This document shows, one piece after another, positions 56,018 to 64,000 of a DNA stretch of 64,000 nucleotides. The notes below the pieces were generated by a model. It was given only the letters and a program-made list of their open reading frames with translations. It had not been told where the DNA came from and ran no database searches. Numbering within the stretch: position 1 is the first letter of the stretch; each line of letters begins with the position of its first letter. Source of the stretch: a virus. The stretch is from positions 32,001 to 96,000 of the IMG/VR virus record IMGVR_UViG_3300017917_002441. One strand, written 5' to 3'. The translations under genes and the position numbers were made by a program.

Positions 56018-57109
56018 TTACCGCTGTATAATAGTGATCACTGTGGTTCCGCCGCGATTAATCTGCTGTGTTAATGGTGTACCGTCTTGCACAATGTTTA
56101 GCATAACATCAGCTTCAAGATCCACAGTTACTTGTGCAGTGTGTGTGGTTTGTTTGCGTAGCACTAGTTTGGTGTCGTCTTCGTTTTTTCCGTAAGTTAG
56201 CCCACTGGCAGCTGAGTACCCTGGCAACATTGTTTGTTCAGCTAATATAGCTTCTTGACTAGCAGACAACGTTTGGTTGGCCACGTCCAGCATGTTTGTT
56301 AAAAAATTAACGTCCAAGTAGTTGATATCTAGTTCAACAAATTTTCGAAGTTGGTCTTGGTCCAGTTCGTCATATTTTAAAAAATCTTGATTTAAAAAAT
56401 TTACATCTAATACAGTGCGTTGATCTGTGTTGTTGTCTTTTTCCGTGCTTTGCTTAATCTCAGGTGGCGGGCTAACAATCAATAAGTTGTTGATGTTAGC
56501 AGGGTCTACAGTTACTACCACAGGAGCGGTTGGCGGAGTTGACAAGCTGGCAACCAAAGTAGCTTGAAAAGGTTGGTCTAGTAATACAACCCCGGCATCA
56601 TTGCTGACCATAATAGCCCCAGTGACACAGGCTCGTGAATCACAGCTGGGCAATAGCATAACCAGGCTACGGCCCAGTTCGTCTACAGTCATTGAAAAAT
56701 CTGTACCACGCACTGCCACTGTAGCAGTGGGGGTCTGTACGTTGACATTTTGCGGTGAGTTTTTTGCTATCTGCCCTGATGCGTATCTAGCAGTGCCTTG
56801 TACCATTTTCATGGCCAATTTGCCAGATCCTTTTTTTGGATCATACACAAAGTCGTCTATCACCAACTTTGATTGTTCGGTAATTTTAACAGTGGTATTG
56901 TCGTCAAATGTGAGTTGAGCTTTTGCTCGAGCAGTTACCACAGTGTCGTTCATCTCCACGGCGGAATTTACATTACTCGATACAGACTTTTTGTTGCGTA
57001 TGATTTCAGTAGGGCCAGTTTGTTCTGTTACCCGGCCCACTGCCGCCCAATTAGTCTGACTGAATAATGCTAATATTATTGAGATTGCCAGTGCTGTTGA
57101 CCGTGACAC
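56018..57109 (-). CDS. FecR-domain secreted protein
   Basis: Signal peptide; D.V.T, L.F.D.T...I.E.S.L.ID, G.ARY.SG, V.TPTATVAVRGTDF. Confidence 0.85.
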   Translation of the reverse strand: MSRSTALAISIILALFSQTNWAAVGRVTEQTGPTEIIRNKKSVSSNVNSAVEMNDTVVTARAKAQLTFDDNTTVKITEQSKLVIDDFVYDPKKGSGKLAMKMVQGTARYASGQIAKNSPQNVNVQTPTATVAVRGTDFSMTVDELGRSLVMLLPSCDSRACVTGAIMVSNDAGVVLLDQPFQATLVASLSTPPTAPVVVTVDPANINNLLIVSPPPEIKQSTEKDNNTDQRTVLDVNFLNQDFLKYDELDQDQLRKFVELDINYLDVNFLTNMLDVANQTLSASQEAILAEQTMLPGYSAASGLTYGKNEDDTKLVLRKQTTHTAQVTVDLEADVMLNIVQDGTPLTQQINRGGTTVITIIQR

Positions 57110-57674
57110 TCTTGTTTAACATTCCACTTTGTGTTACTGCTACAGTGTTGGTATTGCCAGTCACTGTGATATCTGCTGAAGTTGTGCCAGTAGCAGTGCT
57201 GGTATGAGTCACAGTGTTAGTGTCCCCCGCAACAGTGATGTTACTGGTGTGATTTGCGCCAGCACCTAGAGTCTGTGTTATGGTGTTGTTGTCACCGTTC
57301 ACAGTTTGTGTGATAGTACTACCGCCGCAGGTTGATGACACTGTGCTACCACATGTGATTTCCTGAGTGTTGGTACTGCCAATGGTTGCAACAGCCACAG
57401 TTGTAGCCGCACCGTTTACCACCATGTTCAACACATTGTTGCTACCAATTTGATCTATAGTAACAGTGTTTGCACCTGACCCAATGTATGCTGGATTCAA
57501 ACTTGATCCAACTCGATTATCACTACCGTCTTGGGTAATGGTAATAGTACTGCCGCTGCCAATTTGTTCAACATAAACTTCGTTGGCATGCCCCGGCATT
57601 ATCATCGCAGACAATGCTAGAATTGCAAGTATTTTTTTCGACAACTTGCCAGCGCCTGTTCTTCCTTTTTTCAT
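57051..57674 (-). CDS. Curlin-like repeat secreted protein
   Basis: Signal peptide; repeated Q.G..N / G..N.V beta-arcade units (EQIGSG, TQDGSDN, DQIGSNN, NGDNN, GDTN, GNTN). Confidence 0.7.
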   Translation of the reverse strand: MKKGRTGAGKLSKKILAILALSAMIMPGHANEVYVEQIGSGSTITITQDGSDNRVGSSLNPAYIGSGANTVTIDQIGSNNVLNMVVNGAATTVAVATIGSTNTQEITCGSTVSSTCGGSTITQTVNGDNNTITQTLGAGANHTSNITVAGDTNTVTHTSTATGTTSADITVTGNTNTVAVTQSGMLNKSVTVNSTGNLNNISIIQSD

Positions 57675-57676
57675 TT

Positions 57677-58456
57677 TTATTGTTTTCCTCGGAATCTCCA
57701 GAGCCCTCTTTTCTCACCCTCAACAATCATTTCGTAAACACCTTGTTCAATGGCTACACGAACTGCATAGTTTGTGGGTTCATTCAATGCGGCACCGCTT
57801 TCTAACTCAACACTGTTGGTGCTTTGATCAACAAAGCGCAACACGCCGACATTGTGTGCAGTGCTATAGATAGTCTTGGAAACAGCGTTGGTCAGTAAAA
57901 CTTCGCCCGAGTTAACGCTGATTAATCTTAAACTGATTACAACTTCATCAACTCGATACTGTTGGCTCCCACCGATTCCCAAAAATCTAGCACCATTACC
58001 ACCGGATCGTATATTGCTATCGTATCCAATAATGCCTCCTTCTATCATGATACCAGCCACTGTGAGTGGCTTCAAGGGCTTGGCATCTTTGCCCTCGTAA
58101 ACTTCACGCTGGTTGCGTATAAGTTGACGTTCTTTGACCAAGTTGTCTAATCCCACACGTTCAACAACTCGAAACCAATTTTTACTATCTTGTAAACTCT
58201 TTATTAGATACACTTCGGCGCCCTGAGTAACTGCTTTACTAAACAGTGCCAGTTTATCATTGGGTTTCATTTGTCCGGTTTTGTCTGCAAACCCATACAC
58301 AGCTATGGTCATGGGAGGACCGTCTAGTGCAGGCAAATTGTTCAGCAAGTTCTCACGTGGTTGCAAGGCCACCGGTTCTTCTCGAGCCAATTCCATGTGT
58401 ATATTGGCACAGCCACTCAGCGTTAACAAAACAATAATAGCGATTAGGTACTTCAT
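57677..58456 (-). CDS. csgG: CsgG-family outer-membrane secretion lipoprotein
   Basis: LSGC lipobox; AVY.F.DKTGQ.K, S.AVTQG, WF.VVER.GL.NL.KERQ.IR, EGGIIGYD.N..SGG.GA. Confidence 0.92.
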   Translation of the reverse strand: MKYLIAIIVLLTLSGCANIHMELAREEPVALQPRENLLNNLPALDGPPMTIAVYGFADKTGQMKPNDKLALFSKAVTQGAEVYLIKSLQDSKNWFRVVERVGLDNLVKERQLIRNQREVYEGKDAKPLKPLTVAGIMIEGGIIGYDSNIRSGGNGARFLGIGGSQQYRVDEVVISLRLISVNSGEVLLTNAVSKTIYSTAHNVGVLRFVDQSTNSVELESGAALNEPTNYAVRVAIEQGVYEMIVEGEKRGLWRFRGKQ

Positions 58457-58902
58457 TAGAATGCAAAGCTCGCTATTGGAACAGTAATGTCAGTTCTATT
58501 ACCGTTGGACTCTATTATGGTTAGAGTAACATCTGCGCCAGTCTTGACCCAACTTATATTTGTTCCTTGAAAGTCTAAGTTGCCAGATGTGGCACCGCCA
58601 TCGGCAAACATTGCGTCTGCCAGTTGTTTGGATAATTGTGCGTAGATACGTGATTCAACGTTGACTAAGAACTTGGCCAAGTTAGTATTCTTGGCATCAC
58701 GTTCGGCCTTGTCGGCCAAGGCCTTGGCTTCGTCTCGGAGTTTTTGTTTGCGTTGGTTTTCCAACTGCTCGATTGTCAGGACGTGGCTACTATACCCTTG
58801 TCCTGAGAAGGCTGGCGAGTTGAACTGATGCACCAGTTCGGTGGCGTGGCTCCGGCCGATAATTACTACTGCCAGGGCGCCTGCGATTATAATTTTATTC
58901 AT
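58456..58902 (-). CDS. csgF: CsgF-family curli assembly protein
   Basis: Signal peptide; ELVHQFNSPAFSG N-terminus; F...ESRIYAQLS; adjacent to csgG. Confidence 0.8.
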   Translation of the reverse strand: MNKIIIAGALAVVIIGRSHATELVHQFNSPAFSGQGYSSHVLTIEQLENQRKQKLRDEAKALADKAERDAKNTNLAKFLVNVESRIYAQLSKQLADAMFADGGATSGNLDFQGTNISWVKTGADVTLTIIESNGNRTDITVPIASFAF

Positions 58903-58906
58903 GACA

Positions 58907-58935
58907 ATCCCCGTGCTTAGTATTTACACGGGGAT
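58907..58935 (-). promoter_or_regulatory. Late promoter in the loop of an SD-sequestering hairpin
   Basis: - strand ATCCCCGTG-TAAATA-CTAAG-CACGGGGAT-TGTC-ATG. Confidence 0.6.
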
Positions 58936-58983
58936 GGTCAATTTAAATGTAGCTAGATTTTCTTGTTCTAGAACAAAAAGTTT

Positions 58984-59238
58984 TTACTTTTTTGGTTTTG
59001 TGGTCTTGTTAGCTCCAGAGCTAACAGTCTTTTTTGGTTGTGGCTTTCGTGTTGGCTTGTTGCCTGTGGCCACAGGATCAACTGGCTTCTTGGCTGGTTG
59101 CTTGCGACTGTTCACAACAGGCTTTACAGGATTGACCACTGGCGTTTCTGCCACCGGCGGCACTGGTGCTTCGATCTTGTAAGGCGCCGCTGGTTCGGCC
59201 TGTTTGATACCAAAAAGGTTTGTGATGAATTTTAACAT
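58984..59238 (-). CDS. Basic Pro/Lys-rich hypothetical protein
   Basis: AAGGAG SD; TAAATA at 59259-59264 on - strand. Confidence 0.65.
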   Translation of the reverse strand: MLKFITNLFGIKQAEPAAPYKIEAPVPPVAETPVVNPVKPVVNSRKQPAKKPVDPVATGNKPTRKPQPKKTVSSGANKTTKPKK

Positions 59239-59383
59239 GAGTTATCTCCTTAGGAAATTATTTAACCATAATTTTGGTTTTGGCAGAATTTGTTTATGTG
59301 CGGCCGCAACATTTTTAGCTAAATATATCAGTAGAAACCATGAGTCGCTACACACATTATAAATTACTCACAAGGAAATCATC

Positions 59384-59512
59384 ATGAAATTTATCAATAA
59401 CATAACCTCAGCATTTGCATCTATGTTAGAAAGCTTACATACAGCTAGACAAGCAACAGCGTTGACCAGACTAGGCAAGTGGCAACAAGCCCAAGCACTG
59501 TACAAAAACTAA
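59384..59512 (+). CDS. Small hypothetical protein (42 aa, not in ORF track)
   Basis: AAGGA SD; MKFINNITSAFASMLESL...LYKN*. Confidence 0.55.
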   Translation: MKFINNITSAFASMLESLHTARQATALTRLGKWQQAQALYKN

Positions 59513-59515
59513 AAA

Positions 59516-60061
59516 ATGATAGCAACGACATTTCTCCACCAAGATGACTACCACTTGTACGGCTCGTGGTTAAAACAGCAAGATATAGAAACATTGCAAC
59601 TATATTTTGGAGTCACAGTTACCACAGGATACATTGATCGGTTAATGGAACGTATTACTCGAGATCCTGAAAAACACCGATTTTTAGTGGCATTTAATCA
59701 CGATAGATGGCTTGGAGTGGTACATATAGCTGATACACCTGATTTAGGGGCAGAGTTTGGATTCATTGTAAGCAAGAGCTTTCGTGGCCAAGGGATTGGG
59801 GATCGTCTAATGGACGAAGCTACTACTTGGTGCAGAAATCGCAGATATCAACGATTGTATTTGCACTGTTTGAGTTGGAATGAACCCATTAAAAAATTGT
59901 GTCGCAAGCACGGTTTAGAAATACATCGTAACAATGGAGATTCAGAAGTTGAAGTTGATTTACCGCCCCCTAGTTTTTTTAGTATTGGCAAAGAAATTTC
60001 TTCAGTTCAACGCAACTTGTTTACTATGATGTTAGATCGCACATTGAACCCAACGCAATAA
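59516..60061 (+). CDS. GNAT family acetyltransferase
   Basis: AEFGFIV...FRGQGIG..LM, N.PI.KL..K.G. Confidence 0.85.
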   Translation: MIATTFLHQDDYHLYGSWLKQQDIETLQLYFGVTVTTGYIDRLMERITRDPEKHRFLVAFNHDRWLGVVHIADTPDLGAEFGFIVSKSFRGQGIGDRLMDEATTWCRNRRYQRLYLHCLSWNEPIKKLCRKHGLEIHRNNGDSEVEVDLPPPSFFSIGKEISSVQRNLFTMMLDRTLNPTQ

Positions 60062-60062
60062 A

Positions 60063-60647
60063 ATGATAGTTTACATACACGGCGCCAGTGCTACTGCTGA
60101 AAGCTTTACGCATATCAGGCAATATGTCAGGGATACGTTTGAAGAACCTGACATCATGCTTGAATACAAAAGCGACGACGGCTTTGCCCATAATCTTGCT
60201 GAAATGAAAGGCAAGCTTGATGGCGAAGAAAGATTGTTTTTTATCAGTCACAGTCTAGGTGGTATCTATGCTTTGTATTTGGCCAATCATTATCAAGAAA
60301 CAACACACGGGGGAGTTAGTTTAAGTACTCCATACGGTGGAAGCAAGGAAGCAGATTTTGCTCGTTATTTCCTGCCGTTCAATAGACTCATGAAAGACAT
60401 TGGTTCAACGAGTCATCCAATGCGAGTAGCACGTGAATTACCTGCACCTCCAAATTGGACACAAATTATTTCAACTGTGGGACAAAGTCCTTGGATACGT
60501 GATGACAATGACGGTGTGGTTACACTGGACAGCATGCGATTCCGCAAAGACTTTGAGCAGATAGAAGTTCCTTTAAATCATTATGAAGTTGTTATTAGTG
60601 ATCGAGTGGTTGAGATAATCTTAGATAGGATTAAAAGATCATTATGA
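60063..60647 (+). CDS. Alpha/beta hydrolase (lipase/esterase-like)
   Basis: YIHG, SHSLGG nucleophile elbow, STPYGGS, NDGVV, NH. Confidence 0.85.
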   Translation: MIVYIHGASATAESFTHIRQYVRDTFEEPDIMLEYKSDDGFAHNLAEMKGKLDGEERLFFISHSLGGIYALYLANHYQETTHGGVSLSTPYGGSKEADFARYFLPFNRLMKDIGSTSHPMRVARELPAPPNWTQIISTVGQSPWIRDDNDGVVTLDSMRFRKDFEQIEVPLNHYEVVISDRVVEIILDRIKRSL

Positions 60648-61354
60648 TAGAACTAATATACACCTTGGTTATGGTACAAATTACCATTGCCTGCGTTACA
60701 CTGTATTTGCATCGCAGTCAGGCACATCGCGCTGTGCAGTTTCACCCGGCAGTAGCACACTTTATGCGAGCTTGGCTGTGGATGACCACAGGCATGGTTA
60801 CTCGACAGTGGGTCGCTATACATCGTCAGCATCATCAAGCGTCAGATACGCCACTGGACCCGCACAGTCCACAAGTTTATGGCATTTGGCGTGTGCTATT
60901 TGGCGGAGCATTTTTGTATCATCAAGCCAGTAAAAATAAAGCCATGATTGATCGTTTGGGCATGGGCACGCCGGATGACTGGGTAGAGCGCAATGTTTAC
61001 TCAACACACAGTAGACTGGGCATTGTGCTGATGTTGTTGATCAATGTGTTGTTGTTTGGCTGGTGGGGATTTGTAATTTGGGGCATACAAATGATCTGGA
61101 TTCCGTTTTGGGCCGCTGGTGTAGTCAATGGACTGTGTCACTGGTGGGGGTATAGAAATAACGAAACTCAAGACACCAGCAGAAATCTGTGGCCTTGGGC
61201 CGTATGGATCGGCGGCGAAGAATTGCACAATGGGCATCACGCCGATGGTGCCAATCCCAAATTTAGCCAAAAATGGTGGGAATTTGATATTGGGTGGGCG
61301 TACATACAAATACTACGCAGTTTGGGATTGGCAAAATTGAGAACCCCGCAATAA
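60644..61354 (+). CDS. Membrane fatty-acid (acyl-CoA delta-9-type) desaturase
   Basis: His boxes HRSQAH, HRQHH, HNGHH; DPHSP; WWEFDIGW. Confidence 0.9.
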   Translation: MIELIYTLVMVQITIACVTLYLHRSQAHRAVQFHPAVAHFMRAWLWMTTGMVTRQWVAIHRQHHQASDTPLDPHSPQVYGIWRVLFGGAFLYHQASKNKAMIDRLGMGTPDDWVERNVYSTHSRLGIVLMLLINVLLFGWWGFVIWGIQMIWIPFWAAGVVNGLCHWWGYRNNETQDTSRNLWPWAVWIGGEELHNGHHADGANPKFSQKWWEFDIGWAYIQILRSLGLAKLRTPQ

Positions 61355-61371
61355 TCAAACTGGCTAGGAAA

Positions 61372-61466
61372 ATGTTGCAGAGCAACATATAATCATAAAT
61401 AAGTTGGAGATGAGAAGTTGCTGGGTGGTCCGGGGCTTCAAATAACGCTCGCTTTATACAAGGAGA
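61372..61466 (+). promoter_or_regulatory. TGC-N3-GCA palindrome, TAAATA and ROSE-like leader
   Basis: ATGTTGC-AGA-GCAACAT; TAAATA 61396; hairpin ~61414-61439; CTCGCTT...AAGGAG. Confidence 0.5.
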
Positions 61467-61472
61467 AACAAA

Positions 61473-61739
61473 ATGGAATTTACAAAATTTGATCTAAACA
61501 AGATGTTTGACATCACTACAGCTATTGACAGCCTAGAAAAAGGTGCCGCTAGCGTGGTTGGCTACTTGCCCGAACAAGTTCGTGGCACAGTGGAAACAGT
61601 GAACAAAGCCAACTTTGATTTGGCACGTAACAGCGCCAAGGCAGTGACCAAGTACATTGAAGTTGTGCAAAAGGTTACCAAAGAATCCACTGAAGGATTC
61701 ACCAAAGCTGTAGAAAAAACAGTTAAGGCCGCTGCCTAA
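61473..61739 (+). CDS. Phasin-like amphipathic helical protein
   Basis: Ala/Lys/Thr-rich amphipathic helices; family call tentative. Confidence 0.45.
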   Translation: MEFTKFDLNKMFDITTAIDSLEKGAASVVGYLPEQVRGTVETVNKANFDLARNSAKAVTKYIEVVQKVTKESTEGFTKAVEKTVKAAA

Positions 61740-61741
61740 TC

Positions 61742-61824
61742 TGTTGTTTTTTTACAACACTCAAAGCCTCCCCTAGCGGGAGGTTTTCTTTTGGTTGACT
61801 AATTATTGACTTTTCTGCTATACT
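61742..61824 (+). promoter_or_regulatory. TGTTG-N8-CAACA palindrome, terminator hairpin and sigma70-type promoter
   Basis: Palindrome 61742-61759; hairpin 61763-61787; TTGACT-18-TATACT with TG extension. Confidence 0.7.
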
Positions 61825-61855
61825 AGCTATACGATTGTAACCTAGAGGAAAGTCA

Positions 61856-62548
61856 ATGAAACACACTGTTATGAGTATTGCTGTAGTAGCCGCCCTAGGC
61901 TTGTCAGCATGTAGTTCAACTAAAACTGCTGATGTCGGCGCCGGCGCCTTGGTGTCACCTGGGGCACAACAAGCCATCAGCGAGCAACGTCTTGAAAACA
62001 GTTTCAAGAGACAAGGTATCAAAGTCGTTTACTCAATGTCGGGCAAGCTTGAGGCAATTGAAACCACAGGCTATGCGCCAGTCTGGGGCAGTAGCCAAAA
62101 TGCCGCACGTGAAGCATTTCGTGTTGCAGAGCTAGAAGCCAAGAAGTCGCTTAATGACTTTATTAATCAAGAAACTATTCGTACTTCAACTTCTGTACGC
62201 ATGATTTCCAAGAACTTGGAAAAAGCCACAGACAACAAAACCAACAACTTTGCCACAAATCGCGGACGCGATTCAGTAGCAGCCATGACCGAGGATGGTG
62301 ACTTGACTGGCGAAACTCAAGCTGGCGATGTCAACCGCGAAGAGAATACCGCACTACGCAAGGATGCGCTGGCCATTGCTAGTCGTGTAAACACCACAAT
62401 TGTTACACAAAACCGTGGTATCCTTGGTGGCTTGTACCTTGTGGAGGGCAACGTCATCAATGATGGCAAAACTGTGCGTGTGGTATATCGTTGGGACGAA
62501 AAGCACACCGAAGTTCGCAAAATGGTTCGCAACGCAATGGCGCAATAA
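61856..62548 (+). CDS. Lipoprotein (possibly LPP20-like)
   Basis: LSAC lipobox; A.R.AEL.AK..L. Confidence 0.7.
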   Translation: MKHTVMSIAVVAALGLSACSSTKTADVGAGALVSPGAQQAISEQRLENSFKRQGIKVVYSMSGKLEAIETTGYAPVWGSSQNAAREAFRVAELEAKKSLNDFINQETIRTSTSVRMISKNLEKATDNKTNNFATNRGRDSVAAMTEDGDLTGETQAGDVNREENTALRKDALAIASRVNTTIVTQNRGILGGLYLVEGNVINDGKTVRVVYRWDEKHTEVRKMVRNAMAQ

Positions 62549-62550
62549 TC

Positions 62551-63627
62551 ATGCGTTGGCTAGCAACTGTTCTGGCTGTGGTGTTGCTGTCACAGCCAGT
62601 TCAAGCACAAACTGTTGGGGCGGCATTGCTGATACCCAGCCCTGTTAGTGTTGCACTCACACTTGGCCACTGGGTCATGACACGTGACAACCGCAAGGTG
62701 TTTTACGTAGAGGTACAAAGCCAGGCCGAAACTTTCACCGCGGCTCGCAGTGAAGGTTATAGGTTAGCAGTGGAACATGCTGTGGGCAGTTTGATCTTGA
62801 GCGAAACAGAAGTGCGTAACAGTCGCATGACACGTGAAGAAATCACTACCTATGCATCGGGTTACGTAGATCGGTTTGAAGTTGTTAGCGAGAAAAAAGT
62901 ACCCGGCGGTGTGCAACTGCACATGAAGGTATGGGTTGCGCACTCAGCGTTGGCAAACCGCTTGCTAAACCAAAGTGCCACAGCTGGCCGAGTAGAGGGC
63001 GAACGTATAAATGCGCAGATTGAAACATTTCGCACTGAACGCCAAGCTGGAGACCGTGTGTTGAATGCAGTGCTACGTGACTTTCCGCATAGAGCATTTG
63101 ATTTCCGTATGGAACCTACTCAAGTCATAGTTGACAATCAACGCAGGCCGCATTTGAGAATTGTATTTTCTATGAGTTGGAACACTGCATATCTCACAGC
63201 ACTGGGCGAAGCAGTGACCAAGGTAAATCAACGTCAAAACTGTAACAGTTGGCTCAAGCACTGCCAAACCACAAACACCGTGCAAGTGGTAATGAACAAC
63301 TACAGCTCAAACCCACAGGGTTGGTTTGACGACAATGTAGCCTGGAACATTTTTCATGAACACTTGATCCTAAGCAAGCCTCAAATACTAGTAACCATTC
63401 GTGATGCCGGTGGAACCAAACGATTTGAACAGTGCTGGAGCGCAGCCGAGCTGGATCACAGCAGTTATGCGCCCTGGCATTATGCCGAAGTTGGGCCCGG
63501 AGCGGTCACGGTACACGGACTCAAACAACGCAAATTTGATGGATTTTTGGATATATCCAATCAGCGTGTAGAAACGTTTGATCGGGTAGAATTGCGAGCT
63601 GTAAGGGCAACTCAGTGTCCGGCTTAG
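62551..63627 (+). CDS. Secreted protein (FlgT-N/LPP20-like N-terminal domain)
   Basis: Signal peptide; AR..G.R.AVE.AVG..I.SET.V...I.TY..GYV. Confidence 0.6.
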   Translation: MRWLATVLAVVLLSQPVQAQTVGAALLIPSPVSVALTLGHWVMTRDNRKVFYVEVQSQAETFTAARSEGYRLAVEHAVGSLILSETEVRNSRMTREEITTYASGYVDRFEVVSEKKVPGGVQLHMKVWVAHSALANRLLNQSATAGRVEGERINAQIETFRTERQAGDRVLNAVLRDFPHRAFDFRMEPTQVIVDNQRRPHLRIVFSMSWNTAYLTALGEAVTKVNQRQNCNSWLKHCQTTNTVQVVMNNYSSNPQGWFDDNVAWNIFHEHLILSKPQILVTIRDAGGTKRFEQCWSAAELDHSSYAPWHYAEVGPGAVTVHGLKQRKFDGFLDISNQRVETFDRVELRAVRATQCPA

Positions 63628-63696
63628 GTTGGATAAGTACTAGCGATGTCCAAGATCTGTGTTACACTTAATATACATAGATAAAGGTCTAATAGA

Positions 63697-64000
63697 ATGT
63701 CTGATAAAATGTCCCAAGATATTGATCTAGAAAAATCACCCGGTCAGCTGTTGCAAGACAATGGCATGTACGTTTTCATGGATGACGTTGACAACGACAC
63801 CATTAGGCCCATTGTTGAGTGGATCTTGGTAGAAAACCATGTTACTAAACGCAAGAAAAAAGAATTGCTGTTGATGATTTGCAGTTCTGGCGGGGAAATG
63901 GAGCCAGCATTTGCACTGATTGATGTTATGAAGAGCAGTTCTATTCCCATTAAAACAGTGGGCTTGGGACAAATATCCAGCTGTGGACTGCTGATCTTTT
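63697..64000 (+). CDS. clpP: ClpP-like protease (3'-truncated; not in ORF track)
   Basis: Manual translation ...LMICSSGGE...AFALIDVM...IPIKTVGLGQISSCGLLIF matches ClpP INSPGG and catalytic-Ser region. Confidence 0.8.
   Translation, partial: MSDKMSQDIDLEKSPGQLLQDNGMYVFMDDVDNDTIRPIVEWILVENHVTKRKKKELLLMICSSGGEMEPAFALIDVMKSSSIPIKTVGLGQISSCGLLIF

Noticed and set aside
1-64000. Stop-codon reassignment
   Set aside because: Known genes are full length in the standard code and coding density is high

Overview
64 kb fragment of a large lytic dsDNA myophage (T4-like/jumbo-type; host probably a proteobacterium, judged from the IscU, DnaK and ClpX sequences). It uses the standard genetic code, is densely coding and is mostly on the + strand. 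Replication and repair genes include a UvsW-like helicase, primase, DnaB/gp41 helicase, ATP-dependent ligase, PD-(D/E)xK exonuclease, a 192-aa 'mini-DnaE', NrdA/NrdB/glutaredoxin and UvsE. Virion genes include tail fibre/spike, PAAR and probable head-packaged proteins. There is a large host-like accessory set: IscU/IscA; ClpX, ClpP, ClpS, DnaK, Hsp20 and BI-1; bS21; glycan-modification enzymes including an amidinotransferase; and a desaturase/hydrolase/phasin-like module. The standout is a cassette with putative late promoters that encodes CsgF, CsgG, a curlin-repeat protein, a FecR-domain protein and small membrane proteins, converging on a CHASE2 adenylate cyclase. A stand-alone paralogue of the cyclase C-terminal tail lies head-to-head with a metallophosphoesterase. 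Non-coding signals include sigma70-type promoters (five in exact leaderless geometry), a TAAATA late-promoter motif, a TGTTG-N8-CAACA palindrome, three ROSE-like leaders, a candidate ~155-nt structured RNA and a hairpin displaying an anti-Shine-Dalgarno loop. No tRNA, rRNA, CRISPR array or transposase was recognised. All calls are by eye from motifs; no searches were run.
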